DNA from: an uncultured Phycisphaerales bacterium
Lineage (GTDB): Bacteria; Planctomycetota; Phycisphaerae; Sedimentisphaerales; Anaerobacaceae
NCBI GenBank assembly: GCA_963772725.1
Contig: CAVYYI010000001.1
Span: forward strand, 1,248,001 to 1,312,000
Direction: 5' to 3'
DNA length: 64,000 bases
The position numbers and the translations under genes were made by a program. Shown here in pieces: positions 44,233-56,254 of this stretch. The stretch's first letter is position 1. Each line of letters starts with the position of its first letter. The notes under the pieces are model-generated. The model ran no database searches. It was not told the DNA's origin and was given only the letters and a program-made list of their open reading frames with translations.

Positions 44233-47200
44233 TTAACGTACCTCCTGTGAATCTGCCGAATCTAAATCGCCCGCGACGCCGGGCTGCGGCTGTCTCCTGC
44301 CAAAGAATTTGGATACAAGGATATAGAACAGGGGAATAAAGATAAGGTCGATAAATGTAGCGGAGAGCATACCTCCGACAACAGCGGTTCCAATGGCGTT
44401 TTGTGCACCGGCACCGGCGCCTGCGGTTAAGGCCAGCGGCAGAACGCCAAATAAAAATGCTGATGAGGTCATTATTACAGGCCGGAATCGCGTTCTCACG
44501 GCTCCAAGAGTAGCGTCGATCAATCCATCTCCATTTTCCAGACGATGCTTTGCAAATTGGATGATAAGAATCGCGTTTTTTGTTGACAGTCCCAAAGTGG
44601 TGAGGAAGCCAATTTGAAAGTAAACATCATTGGGCAAGCCTCGCGACCAGGTTGCCAGCGTCGCACCGAATACGCCCAGCGGCAGCATCAGCATATTAAC
44701 AAAAGGAATGGTCCAGCTCTCGTATAGTGCGGCGACACACAGGAAAATGATGAGAATGGAAAAGGCATACAGCGGAACAATCTGTGCACCCGCCTGCCGC
44801 TCCTGGTAGGAAAGTCCGGTCCAGTCGTAGCCGATTCCCTGCGGCAGCTTTCTGATAAAATCTTCCATAGCTTTCATTGCCTCACCGGTACTTCTGCCAG
44901 GCGATGCCTCACCCACAATGTTTAAGGACGGAAAGCCGTTGAATCGCTCCAGTTTCGGAGAGCCGGAAGTCCATTGCCCGGAGGCAAAGGAAGAAAATGG
45001 AACCATCTTGCCGATGTTATTGCGCACATAGAGTTTTTCCAGGTCTTTGGGCAGCATGCGATAAGGGGCATCGGCCTGAACATAGACTCTTTTGACACGT
45101 CCTCCCTGAATGAAATCGTTCACATACGCGCTGCCGAAAGCCGCCGAGATGGTATTATGAATAGAGTAAACAGGCAAACCCATAGCGCCGGCCTTTTCCC
45201 AATCCACGTCGATGCGAAACTCAGGCACGTCCTCCAGGCCATTGGGGCGGACTTTTGTCAATACAGGATTCTGTGCAGCCATTCCGAGGAGCTGATTGCG
45301 AGCTGCCATCAGGCCATCGTGGCCCAGGCCGCCGCGGTCGAGAAGTTGAAAATCAAATCCTTTCGATACTCCCAGTTCGATAACTGCCGGCGGCGGAAAG
45401 GCAAACACCATGGCGTTGCGAATCTGAGAAAAAGCCCCCATTGCTCTATTTGCCACAGCGACAACTTTCAGGTCTGGTCGTTTCCTGAGCTTCCAGTCCT
45501 TGAGTTTGACAAAGGACAGACCCGCATTCTGCCCTCTGCCTGAAAAGTTTGTGCCGGAAACCGTCATACATGATTCCACCGCATCTTTCTCACGTTCAAG
45601 GAAATGGTTTCGCACCTGTTCCATCACCTTTTCGGTCTGCTCAAGGGTCGAGTTGGCAGGAAGCAAGACCTGAACCATCAGGATACCCTGGTCTTCATCA
45701 GGCAGATATGCTGTCGGCATCTGTTTAAAAAGGAATCCCATCGCCGCGACAATGACAATAAAGGCTAACAAATATCGGGTTTTGTGAGCCAGAGACTTGC
45801 CGACTATTTGGAGATATTTATCCCTGGTCCGAAAAAAGATATGGTCAAACCATTTAAAGAAGGGCCGGAGAAACCAAATCCCGCCCTCCGCAGGCTGGTG
45901 TCCTTTAGGTACAGGCTTAAGTAACGAGGCACACAGAACCGGGGTAAGTATCAAAGCCACAACCACCGAAAGAAGCATCGAAGCAATGATTGTTACGGAA
46001 AACTGGCGATAGATTACGCCGGTAGAGCCGCGAAAAATGCCATCGGGCCGAAGACCGCCGAGAGTACCAGCCCGATTCCGATCAGGGCGCTGGTAATCTG
46101 GTCCATGGATTTGCGAGTAGCCTCCAGGGGAGAAAGTCCTTCCTCACTCATAATTCGTTCCACGTTCTCCACAACTACGATGGCGTCATCCACCAATAAA
46201 CCGATGGCCAGCACCATCGCGAACATAGTCAGCATATTTATTGAGAAGCCGAAAAATCCAAGCACGGCGAATGTTCCCAATATCACGACCGGTACCGCGA
46301 TTGTCGGAATTAAAGTCGCCCGCATATTTCCCATGAACAGATACATCACAAGAAAAACAAGAAATATTGCCTCGAAAAGGGTTTTAACAACCTCTCCGAT
46401 TGCCACTTTGACGAAAGGCGTGGTATCGTAGGGATAAACAACTTTCATACCGGTGGGAAAAAAGTGGCTCATCTCTTCCAGTTTTGCCCTGATGTTGTTA
46501 GCGGTATCAATGGCATTGGCGCCTGCCGCCTGCCTGATGGCCAGTGCGGCAGATGGTTTGCCGTTGAAATGGGCATCGATATCGTAAGATTCGGTTCCAA
46601 GCTCGGTACGGCCCACATCTTTGACCCGCACAATTGACCCATCGGGATTGGTGCGAAGAGGAATATCGGCAAATTCCTCGGGTGTTTTAAGCAGGCTTTG
46701 AACAATGATGCTCGCATTAAGACGCTGGCCTTCTACTGCCGGCGCACCGCCGAACTGTCCCGCGGACACTTCCACGTTGTAAACCCGCAGCGCCGTGATG
46801 ACATCCTGAACTGTCATCTGATAATTGGTCAGCTTGTCGGGATTAAGCCAGATTCGCATAGCATACTGGCTGCCGAAAACCTCCACCTCACCGACCCCCG
46901 GAACCCGCGAAAGCACTTTTTCCAGATTAGATTCAGCATAGTCTCGCAAATCATCGCCATTCATACTTCCGTCTTCCGAGATCAGGCCGACAATCAGCAG
47001 CCAGTTTCGTGGTTGACTTTTGCTCACCCTGACGCCCTGCCGCTGCACTACCTCCGGCAGGCTCGCCATAGCCAGCTGAAGTTTGTTCTGCACCTGTGCC
47101 CAGGCCAGGTCAGGATCTGTGCCCGGGGCAAAAGTCAGTTCAATGCGGGAAGCGCCCGCCGAATCACTGGTGGCGGAAAGATACAGCATTTTATCGAAAC

Positions 47201-47415
47201 CAGTCATCTTTTGCTCGATTATCTGCGTTACGCTGTTTTCAACCGTCTCCGCGGAGGCACCGGGATAAAAAGAGGTGATAGCGATGGACGGGGGTGCGAT
47301 TGGGGGATACTGCGATATGGGCAAATTGTATATCGCCAAGACCGCCCACCACCATCATAATGATTGCGATAACCCAGGCAAAGACCGGACGCTCCAGAAA
47401 GAATCTTGATAACAT
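44233..47415 (-). CDS. acrB: HAE1 RND efflux permease (AcrB/MexB-like), frameshifted
   Basis: [46 protein letters not shown]. Confidence 0.9.
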
Positions 47416-48616
47416 TACATACCTCCCTCGGTTCGGCTTTTTGTGTCTGGTTTTGTATTACCTTTACGTTCGGCATCAAAAGGGACAACTTTCACGACGG
47501 CTCCGGGCATTACTTTTTGTATGCCTTCGACGATCACACGGTCACCGGATGCAAGGCCTGATGAAACAAGCCATTTGTCGCCGATGGCACGGTCAAGAGT
47601 AAGCATCCGCTGACTGGACCTTGTTTTCCGCGTCAACGACGAGGGCAAAGGGATTACCCTTCATGTCGCGTGATACCGCCTGCTGAGGAATAAGAATGGC
47701 CTGCTCCTGAATGCCTTCCTGAACCACCGCCCGCACAAACATTCCCGGCAGAAGAATTCCCTGCGGGTTTGGGAAGACAACTCGCAGGATGACAGAGCCT
47801 GTCGTCGGGTCCACAGTGACATCACGAAACTGAAGCGTCCCTTCCACCGGATATACTGTTCCGTCTTCCAGGATGAGACTTTACCTTATTTTGGTTCGTT
47901 TCGTCTTGATTGAGGCGGCCATCTTCCAATGCGGCGTTTCAGCCGCAGCATTTCGGCGGTGGACTGGGGCACATCCACATAAATCGGGTCCAGTTGCTGA
48001 ATAGTCGCTAGAGCGATAGGCTGATACGCCGTCACCAAGGCGCCGTCCGTCACACTGGATTTCCGATACGCCCGGATATAGGAGCAGTGACACGGGTGTA
48101 TCCCAGATTGATACGGGCCGACTTAACCATCGCTTTCCAAAACTGAATATCAGCCTCGGCCTGTTTCATGGCGCTTGACGCATCATCATAGTCCTGCTGG
48201 CTGACTGCTTTGTCGGCAAGCAGTTCCTTGTATCGTTCGGACCTGGAACGGATCGAAAGCAGACTCGCCTCGGCCTTGTTGAGAGCGGCTTTTGCATTAT
48301 CCAGTGACGCCTGAAACGGGGCAGGGTCTATCTGGTACAGCGTTTGGCCCGCGTTAACATCGGAACCTTCCATAAACAGGCGTTTTTGTATGAGGCCATT
48401 GACCTGTGGTCGGATTTCAGCCACCAGGTATGCAGATGTGCGACCCGGCAATTCGGTGGTCAGCACAACCTGTTGCGGCTGAACCGTTACAGCTACTACC
48501 TCAGGGACAGGTGGAGGCCCGAATTGTCGCTTGCGGCAGCCTGCAGGAAAAAGGATGGCTAAAAACGCCGCTGAAAGAAAAAGCGTTCTAATAATATATT
48601 TAACACAAGTTCTCAT
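47415..48616 (-). CDS. acrA: RND periplasmic adaptor (AcrA/MexA-like), frameshifted
   Basis: ELPGRTSAYLVAEIRPQVNG, VTAPISGRIG, LLPGMFV. Confidence 0.88.
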
Positions 48617-48682
48617 AACGAACCTCCATCTTATCTAAAGGAAATATTACGTTCCCGTTCCATATTAATTTTTCCTCGAATA

Positions 48683-49294
48683 CTAAACCAGTAATCCATC
48701 AAGAAACAACTGCTTAACTTTTTGAAACATCCCTGTGACGGTATCCCGGTCGAAACGGCCGGTAGTTTCAAAAATTAGCGTCTCAATTATAGATGCTATT
48801 GCCTTGGCGGTAATTTCAGGGTCAACATCTCGAAATAAACCTTTACGGATTCCCTGCTTTATAATTTTCGCCAATTTTGAATCCACCACTTCATGAACTT
48901 TGTTCTCATCCTTTATTCGCGATAGCTTTGAACCCTTAATCCCAACCTGGGAAACATACAGTTTTATGACTTTACCGTATTTTTCCTGAAGTATCGGCTG
49001 ATGCATTATAAATGCCGCCAGCTGGTTCGTTTCACTTCCAGGCCCATCCAGAATTTCTACAAGCTCATTTATAATTTGCCCGGTGGCGGCATTTAGCAAC
49101 TCCTCGAATAAATCATCCTTACTCTCGAAAAAATTATATAGCGTACCAACGCCAAACTCCGACGCAACGGCAATATCCTGCATCGAAACATTATGAAAGC
49201 CTTTTTCGGAAAAAAGTGTCAGGGCGGCCTCTGATATCTCTTCTTTGTGCCGGCTTTTTTCTCTTTCACGCCTTGATAGCTTGACCCTGCTCAT
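48683..49294 (-). CDS. TetR/AcrR-family regulator
   Basis: LFSEKGFHNVSMQDIA..GVGTLYNFFESKDDL. Confidence 0.92.
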   Translation of the reverse strand: MSRVKLSRREREKSRHKEEISEAALTLFSEKGFHNVSMQDIAVASEFGVGTLYNFFESKDDLFEELLNAATGQIINELVEILDGPGSETNQLAAFIMHQPILQEKYGKVIKLYVSQVGIKGSKLSRIKDENKVHEVVDSKLAKIIKQGIRKGLFRDVDPEITAKAIASIIETLIFETTGRFDRDTVTGMFQKVKQLFLDGLLV

Positions 49295-49338
49295 GGCCGA
49301 TTCCTTAGAACACATCCGTTTTGAATTATTATTCTATA

Positions 49339-49382
49339 AATGAACATATATTCATTATACAAAAAAAAATTCCTTTTGACAA
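49339..49382 (-). promoter_or_regulatory. Sigma70 promoter with an overlapping palindromic operator
   Basis: TTGTCA-17 bp-TATAAT (minus strand) and palindrome AATGAA-CATATA-TTCATT at 49339-49356. Confidence 0.7.
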
Positions 49383-49417
49383 CATTTTTTTCCCTTAAAA
49401 ATTAAAATTTGCGTATA

Positions 49418-50251
49418 TTAATTTTTTGTCAATCGCCCGCTTTGCCGGAGCCACTCTCGCAGTGCGGCATAGAATTCATCCCTGACGGCCTTTTCAAGCC
49501 ACGGATAATGCCCGCAACGGTCCCACTGGCGATACTCCAGTTCAGGAAGATAGCGTTTAAGGCCGGCATAAATCATTTGTCCCGGATGCGGGTCGTAAGC
49601 ACCGTGCATCATTATTACCGGCACATTGATTTTGGCAAAAGCCGCCGGATATATGCCTTCCGCCTGCAAACGCAACATATCCTGCCACGATTCTTCGTGC
49701 GCCCGTGCATCGCATTTTTCTATCTGCTCACAAGGTGAAATCAGCTTGTATGAATCGATTTTCTGCATCAGCCGCCCCATTGCAGCGAGGCGTTCATCGG
49801 GGTCGGAATATTTTCTCGGAAGCTGTTCTATTCGGTGCAGAAAACTTTCGTTCATCCGTTCTTTACAGGTTGCCCGCAATGTATCCCTTGCGGCTGAGTC
49901 AAATGTTCCGCACCCAATCAGGATAAGACTTGCGGCGTGGCCAGGATGTTCCGCCGCGTAAGCCAGTGCAAGCATCGCCCCCCAGGAATGTCCCACGATT
50001 ATCGGCTTCTGGTCGCGGCAATAAGCTTTTATCACTTCATCGAGGTCGGCAATATGGCGGGCGACTGTTAATTGCTCCCGGCCGCTTCCTCGCTGAAATG
50101 GCTCAAGGACGCGAAATGAGCCTGCCAGTTCACGAGCGACAGGGGCCATATATCCCGCCGCTCCGGGGCCTCCGTGCAGAAGAATTACATACGGCCCGCT
50201 TGTTCCGTACACGCGAGTTTTTATCAGTTTTTGTCCCAAACCGCTATCCAT
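49418..50251 (-). CDS. Alpha/beta hydrolase (proline iminopeptidase-like)
   Basis: LHGGPG, GHSWG, CGHYPWLE. Confidence 0.88.
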   Translation of the reverse strand: MDSGLGQKLIKTRVYGTSGPYVILLHGGPGAAGYMAPVARELAGSFRVLEPFQRGSGREQLTVARHIADLDEVIKAYCRDQKPIIVGHSWGAMLALAYAAEHPGHAASLILIGCGTFDSAARDTLRATCKERMNESFLHRIEQLPRKYSDPDERLAAMGRLMQKIDSYKLISPCEQIEKCDARAHEESWQDMLRLQAEGIYPAAFAKINVPVIMMHGAYDPHPGQMIYAGLKRYLPELEYRQWDRCGHYPWLEKAVRDEFYAALREWLRQSGRLTKN

Positions 50252-50410
50252 GGTTATATTTCGTTTATTTATAACTGATTATAGGCAAAAATCGTATGAA
50301 AAAACAGGCTTTTTGCTGATTGACTTAAAATGAAAATACTATATAGTTAATTAATCTAATGGGGCTGAAAAATGCGGATTAGTTAAACTATTTTAAAAAG
50401 GGATAAAATT

Positions 50411-50770
50411 ATGAGCAATATGCAGAAAAAAAATCTGTCGAAACCTGACGAAAAGCGCAACTTCGAGAAGGGACAGCTTGAACTTACAAAACTTGGTGGG
50501 GTAACATTTGGGCGTGCCACGCTTAGGCCTGGGTGGAAATGGTCAACTTGCGTTAAACCCCTTGTAAAAACCAAAAGCTGTGAGGCGCCTCATTTGCAAT
50601 ATCATGTGTCCGGGCGACTTCATGTGGTAATGGACGATGGGACTGAAGATGAATTAGTACCTGGGGATGTGTCGCTGATTCCACCGGGACATGACGCATG
50701 GGTCGTAGGCAATGAACCTGTCGTGATTATAGATATTACCGGGATGGGGGAATACGCCAAGCCAAAATGA
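50411..50770 (+). CDS. Cupin-domain protein
   Basis: PGWKWS, CEAPH, PPGHDAWVVG. Confidence 0.88.
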   Translation: MSNMQKKNLSKPDEKRNFEKGQLELTKLGGVTFGRATLRPGWKWSTCVKPLVKTKSCEAPHLQYHVSGRLHVVMDDGTEDELVPGDVSLIPPGHDAWVVGNEPVVIIDITGMGEYAKPK

Positions 50771-50826
50771 GTTCCTTCTCTATTGTAATCAGGATGTTTT
50801 ATAAAATCTTTTTAGGGGAAATAAAA

Positions 50827-51672
50827 ATGAAGACTACAATTATTATGTTTATCAGTGTACTATTGGCAGTTCCATGCAAAGGAATTGAAACTCAGGCTGG
50901 CGGGCGGAAACCCGCCGATGAACAGCTCCAATGGCAGGAAAAACGCTTGACAGACATAAATGATACTGTCCTGAGGCAGCGGCAGGAAATAGAAAATTCC
51001 TATGCTTATGGCCTGAGCGAAGTGAAAAAAGCGGCTTTGTTGCAGGCAAGAACGCTTAAACTGTTAGACAGGATGCTCTGGACAGAATTCCTGGGAATAA
51101 ACAGCCAGGAGTATTTCTCATACACGGCCAGAACGTTCCTCGATGATGAGAGGGCATTTGAGTTGCGTATCGCGATGATAGACAGTTACTTTTTGGACGC
51201 AGCTGCGAATCTTTTAACGGATGATAATGCACAAAAACAACTAAGAGAAATAGCAAACAGTAATGAGCAGAACTGTGTAATACGTGGAGAGGCACAGAAA
51301 ATACTGAATATTATGGATGATTTGATTCTGCAGGAGACACAGCTTAGGTGTGTCAGGGACGCGAAACTGGGTGAGCTAAGCCGGTGGAAAAATGACGCAA
51401 GCGATGATGTAATAAAGGTGATAGGAGAAATAAAGGCCATACCTGAAAAGGCTGAACCAGGGATGATAAACGCGATTATTTACAACGGCAGGAATTCGCT
51501 GTGTATGATTGAAGGAGTAGATGAAATAGTCAGACAAGGGGATACAATAAACAATGCCGCAATAAAAAATGTTAAGGTGAGTAATATAGACAGGTATAAA
51601 GTTGTGTTCCAGAAGAATGGCCTGAAATGGACGCAGGTGATTGGTCAGACACCAAAGGCAGCGTGGAAGTGA
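50827..51672 (+). CDS. Hypothetical exported protein
   Basis: Signal peptide; coiled-coil middle region. Confidence 0.55.
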   Translation: MKTTIIMFISVLLAVPCKGIETQAGGRKPADEQLQWQEKRLTDINDTVLRQRQEIENSYAYGLSEVKKAALLQARTLKLLDRMLWTEFLGINSQEYFSYTARTFLDDERAFELRIAMIDSYFLDAAANLLTDDNAQKQLREIANSNEQNCVIRGEAQKILNIMDDLILQETQLRCVRDAKLGELSRWKNDASDDVIKVIGEIKAIPEKAEPGMINAIIYNGRNSLCMIEGVDEIVRQGDTINNAAIKNVKVSNIDRYKVVFQKNGLKWTQVIGQTPKAAWK

Positions 51673-51675
51673 TGC

Positions 51676-51987
51676 TTACTGTTTAATAATCTTCGATTTG
51701 AGATAGCATTTTATCCATTTCCAGTGCAGAATAATATGTATAAGCATCAGAATAAGAAATGAAATGGCAACATAAAAATGGATATCGCTCCATTGATGTC
51801 TTGTCTGAGAGAAGAATTCCTTTATTTGCTGGTGGTCGCCGCCAGTTCCGCCTCTAAACTGTCTGCCTTGGCCGCCACCTGAACCGTGCGGCATAATATA
51901 CATCATCACATAACCGGTAAAGGCCAGACAAAGCAGATTAATAAAACCAAGCAAATCAACAACAAAATTAAGCGAAGGTCGTTTCAT
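51676..51987 (-). CDS. DUF4405-like membrane protein
   Basis: FTG, WSDIH, HIILHWKWI. Confidence 0.75.
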   Translation of the reverse strand: MKRPSLNFVVDLLGFINLLCLAFTGYVMMYIMPHGSGGGQGRQFRGGTGGDHQQIKEFFSQTRHQWSDIHFYVAISFLILMLIHIILHWKWIKCYLKSKIIKQ

Positions 51988-52077
51988 TTACATATCTCCA
52001 TAATTATATATTTACTCTCGAATATACTCTTTATGTCTGTTGAGCCGCGATACCGAGTTTCGTTGTTCCAAGATGTT

Positions 52078-53022
52078 TCATTTTTTCAGATGTTTGTCGA
52101 AAAATGCCTGTACTACCGAGGCGGCATTATCATCCATGAACGCCGGCCCGCCGTGGCCTGCACCCTGGATAATTTTCAAGTCTGCCTGTGCATTGGCTTT
52201 TTTGAGGGCATTATAAAGCGATTCACTTTGGCTCACGTCAACCAACTTATCCTCAGTTCCGTGGACTATTAAAAACGGCACGGAATTTTTAGTTACGTAA
52301 GTAATCGGGCTAGCTTTTACAGCTTTATCACGGTTTTTAATTACAGTCTCGCCAAGAAGTTTCGAAACACTCGCATTAGGGTCAGCCAAATCATGTTCGC
52401 GAATTCGTGTTAAATCCGCAGGCCCATAGTAATCGCATACTGCCTGAACATTGCTGGACTGGTTCAGGTTGCCACCGGTAGTTCCTTCAAGTAATTTGTT
52501 ACCGTTAGTCGTGCCCAACATTGCCACAAGGTGTCCGCCGGCAGATTCTCCCCAAACCCCAAAATGTGAAGCATCAAGTTTGTATTTTTTGGCGTTCGCA
52601 CGGAGAAACCGGATTGCACCTTTGCAGTCATAAATCTGCGCAGGAAACTTCGCTTTGTCGCTCAGGCGATATTCGATGCTCGCTACCGCGTAGCCTTTTT
52701 CATAGAATTTTGTCCGTATGGGTTTGGGATTTTCCTTGCTGCCATATGCCCAGGCACCGCCATGAATCCAAATTATCAGGGGCAAAGGTTTTTCGCTTTT
52801 TGGAATATAAAGGTTGAGCAAAAGCGGCGAACCATCGACGCTGGCATATTCTATATTTTTATAGACCTTGACATCAGAGGGAATCTGTATCGGTGCAGGG
52901 GTATTTTTTACCTGGGTATTCTGTGCCGGGGTATTTTGACCTGCCATCGCAGAGGCGGAAAGCAATGTTGTCCCAATAAAACTTGCAAGCATTAGAACAT
53001 AAACATAAATTTTCATAAGCAT
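52078..53022 (-). CDS. Secreted esterase (HSL-like alpha/beta hydrolase)
   Basis: IHGGAW, GESAGG, VHGTED, AGHG. Confidence 0.9.
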   Translation of the reverse strand: MLMKIYVYVLMLASFIGTTLLSASAMAGQNTPAQNTQVKNTPAPIQIPSDVKVYKNIEYASVDGSPLLLNLYIPKSEKPLPLIIWIHGGAWAYGSKENPKPIRTKFYEKGYAVASIEYRLSDKAKFPAQIYDCKGAIRFLRANAKKYKLDASHFGVWGESAGGHLVAMLGTTNGNKLLEGTTGGNLNQSSNVQAVCDYYGPADLTRIREHDLADPNASVSKLLGETVIKNRDKAVKASPITYVTKNSVPFLIVHGTEDKLVDVSQSESLYNALKKANAQADLKIIQGAGHGGPAFMDDNAASVVQAFFDKHLKK

Positions 53023-53238
53023 TTCTCCTACATAAAGATTTAACATATCAAACTGGCAAATGCCGCCATCTGCAAGAGTAAGAATATCATAGATTATGAA
53101 AGGAGCAACAACAATTTGGCAGGTATTTCAAATTTATACCTGTTAAACGCAACGGAAAACCTTGCATTTTTCTGGAAAAAGTTGAATCAATAAGATATAA
53201 GTACACACCTGTTATTTAAAGAAAGATTAAGGTTGTTC

Positions 53239-54525
53239 ATGTTTGATAAAAATGATTTTGATGCCGGTACGGCCGAACAGCGCCGCAGTATGAAATACGC
53301 GATTCTCGCAGCTGTTGGTGGAACGATGGGGGAATTTTGCCTTGGAGGCGGCGGTTTTTTCGGAGGGCAAATAATAGCTCTGTTGGCTTTGAAATTCGGG
53401 GCAGGTAATTTATTCCTCGGCATTTTGGGGTTTTCGCTGATTATACCAAGTATCTGCGGCATTTTCACAATGTCAGCGATTGAGCGAGTGGGCAAGAAAA
53501 AAGTGCTTCTTTACTGGGCTACTGCCGCGGCTATTTTTATTTTTCCATTTATGTTTCTGCCGTTACTCAACGGCTATTGGTCTGCTTCGGCGTGTCTTGC
53601 ATTAATTCTTGCTGCCACATTCCTGCGCAACGCCTGCAACGCTCTGAGCGGAAGCGGGTGGATGACGCTTTTGCATGACATTGTTCCGCCTAAGATAACG
53701 GGAAGATTTTTCGCAAAATTAAATCTTTCGTGGCAATCGTCTGGACTTATTGTGATGTTAGGCTCGGCGTGGCTATTCAGAAATAATTCTGAATGGTGGA
53801 GATTCGAGACGATATTTGCTGTCGCCTTGGCAGCTTACATCTTCAGGACAGTTACAATTATCCCGATAGTCGAAAAACCTTTTAAGCCACACGATGCAAA
53901 AGGTTCGGTCATATTCGCAAGGTTTTCGGAGGCAATGCGCGAAAAGCCAGTCGTGCTTCTGATAGCTTATGTTACTGTATATATGACCGCATCTTTGATT
54001 TCCGAACCATTTAAAATAAAGATGCTTAATGATTTCGGGTGTAGCTATGGGTTTATACTGGCAGCGACGTCAATGATTTCACTGGGGGCAATTTTATCTC
54101 TGCTTTTCTGGGGTAAACTCGCGGACAAATTCGGGAACCGCGCGATTTTTACGTTATCCAATGCGGCGGGGCTTATTCTCAGTTTACTGTGGATTCTGGT
54201 CAGTGAAAATAATGTTCACGGCGTTTTTATTTTTGGGCTGTACTTTTTGTGGAGTGTTTTCAATAACGGCAATATGCTGGCTCAATCGAGGTATATCATG
54301 CATCTGGTGCCACCAGACAAACAAAATTATATTAATATAATCAATATAATTACACGCCTTTCGATGGCTTTTGCGCCATTATTGGGCGGATTATTTCTTT
54401 ATGTGATTGAACGTCTCAATTTAGTTGCACATCAAAACGGGCATGTTACGGGGTATCGGATACTATTTCTGATTTCAGCGTTTATTTTTCTTTGCGCCAG
54501 TGGATTCGTAAAAAAATGCCTTTAG
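53239..54525 (+). CDS. MFS transporter
   Basis: About 12 hydrophobic segments; WGKLADKFGNR motif A. Confidence 0.85.
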   Translation: MFDKNDFDAGTAEQRRSMKYAILAAVGGTMGEFCLGGGGFFGGQIIALLALKFGAGNLFLGILGFSLIIPSICGIFTMSAIERVGKKKVLLYWATAAAIFIFPFMFLPLLNGYWSASACLALILAATFLRNACNALSGSGWMTLLHDIVPPKITGRFFAKLNLSWQSSGLIVMLGSAWLFRNNSEWWRFETIFAVALAAYIFRTVTIIPIVEKPFKPHDAKGSVIFARFSEAMREKPVVLLIAYVTVYMTASLISEPFKIKMLNDFGCSYGFILAATSMISLGAILSLLFWGKLADKFGNRAIFTLSNAAGLILSLLWILVSENNVHGVFIFGLYFLWSVFNNGNMLAQSRYIMHLVPPDKQNYINIINIITRLSMAFAPLLGGLFLYVIERLNLVAHQNGHVTGYRILFLISAFIFLCASGFVKKCL

Positions 54526-54790
54526 CTCAAGACGTCTCTACCAGAAAAGTCATCGCTTCGATTGTCCGGCCCGTTATTAATATGGCAGGGCCATTTGTAC
54601 GATTCAGCGACAAAAATAACCGGCTAAAATAAGGTGGTGAAAAATATTATCCTTACACCAAAATATCGCTGTCAATCTGGCTCAGTTTTGAGTATTAATT
54701 TTGCGCATTAAGTCTTGACGACTTAATGATGATTTTGGTATTATGGAATTTTTTAATATTAAAAAGAAATTTGCATAGAGTGAGAATAAG

Positions 54791-55348
54791 ATGAAAGCAA
54801 GTGATTTAAGGCCTGGGATGGCTGTTACGATGGACGGGAAATTGTATGTTTGCGCACAGTCAACACATGTTACTCCTGGCAATCTTAGGGCGTTTGTGCA
54901 GGCAAAATTGAGATGCATCGCTGACGGCACAATTATCGATAAACGTCTGCGTGCCACTGAAGATGTTGACCAGGCGTATCTTGACCGTCGCGAGATGGAG
55001 TATCTTTATTCTGATAGTACGGGGCATGTCCTTATGGACAATCAAACATACGACCAGATCACTGTTCCAAAAGACCTCGTCGGTGACTCGATAAAATTTC
55101 TCAAGCCTAATACTTATCTTGTCGCGCTTTTGCATAAAGAAAACGTAGTAGCCTTCGAATTGCCAAAAGTAGTAGAACTGGCCATTACCGAGACCACACC
55201 GGTTACAAAAGGCGCAACCGTTACCAATCAGATGAAAGAGGCTGTTTTGGAAACCGGACTGCGAACACGCGTTCCGCCGTTTATTACTGTCGGAGAAATT
55301 GTCCGTATCAGCACGGAAGACGGTTCATACTTAGCACGTGCAAAATAA
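54791..55348 (+). CDS. efp: Elongation factor P
   Basis: ASDLRPG, TPGNLRAFV, KEAVLETG, VPPFI, YLARA. Confidence 0.96.
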   Translation: MKASDLRPGMAVTMDGKLYVCAQSTHVTPGNLRAFVQAKLRCIADGTIIDKRLRATEDVDQAYLDRREMEYLYSDSTGHVLMDNQTYDQITVPKDLVGDSIKFLKPNTYLVALLHKENVVAFELPKVVELAITETTPVTKGATVTNQMKEAVLETGLRTRVPPFITVGEIVRISTEDGSYLARAK

Positions 55349-55371
55349 TAAAGGTGCAAATTCAACCGTTA

Positions 55372-56247
55372 TCAGTGAATGACTTTATTGAGCGGATAAG
55401 TGATAATTCCTGAGGCCCCTGCCCGTTTCAGGGCAGGCACCAAAGAACGCTCAACATTATCTTCCACTATCACTTCAACCGCTATATAATTCGAATCCGC
55501 CAAACTTGAAATTGTCGGACTCTTTTCCGCGGGCAAAACCTGCAATATTGAATCGAGGTCAGCCTTCTTCACGTTCATTTTGAGTCCTACCTTGCTTCCC
55601 GCAGCTATCGCCGCGTTAAGCAGAATACTGATGTTTTCTATCTTTTCGCGTTTGAACTTATCCTGTAATGATTTTTTATTGGCAATAAACCTGGTCGTTG
55701 ACGTTATAACAGTATCCACAACACGCAGATTATTCGCCTTGAGCGAAGTGCCTGTTTCAGTCAGCTCAACTATGGCATTAACAAGTCTTGCCTTAACCTC
55801 TGTTGCGCCCCAGCTGAATTCAATTTTCACATCAATATTTTTATCCGCGAAATATTTTTTTGTAACATTCACAAGCTCGGTCGCGATTATACCGCCCTGT
55901 AAATCCTCAGGGCGTTTTATCGCGGATTCCTCCGGGACAGCCAGCACCCATTTAGCGGGGTTGTTTGTCGCCTTGCTGTATTGCAGCTCGCTGACCTCCA
56001 CAACATCGGAATTATTTTCTTTTATCCAGTCATAACCTGTAATACCGGCATCCAAAACAGCATCTTCGACATATCTGCTCATTTCCTGGGCGCGAAGCAT
56101 TATCAACTGAATCTGGCCATCATCTATGCTCGGAAAATAATTGCGTTTGGAATCGAAAATATGGAAGCCTGCCTTGTTGAACAACTCAATTGTTGCCTTT
56201 TCGAGACTGCCTGCAGGAATTCCAAATTTTATAATCTGTTCTGGCAT
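55372..56247 (-). CDS. hisG: ATP phosphoribosyltransferase (long form)
   Basis: DAGITGYDW, SWGATE, ETGTSLKAN, C-terminal ACT domain. Confidence 0.95.
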   Translation of the reverse strand: MPEQIIKFGIPAGSLEKATIELFNKAGFHIFDSKRNYFPSIDDGQIQLIMLRAQEMSRYVEDAVLDAGITGYDWIKENNSDVVEVSELQYSKATNNPAKWVLAVPEESAIKRPEDLQGGIIATELVNVTKKYFADKNIDVKIEFSWGATEVKARLVNAIVELTETGTSLKANNLRVVDTVITSTTRFIANKKSLQDKFKREKIENISILLNAAIAAGSKVGLKMNVKKADLDSILQVLPAEKSPTISSLADSNYIAVEVIVEDNVERSLVPALKRAGASGIITYPLNKVIH

Positions 56248-56254
56248 TGAATAC

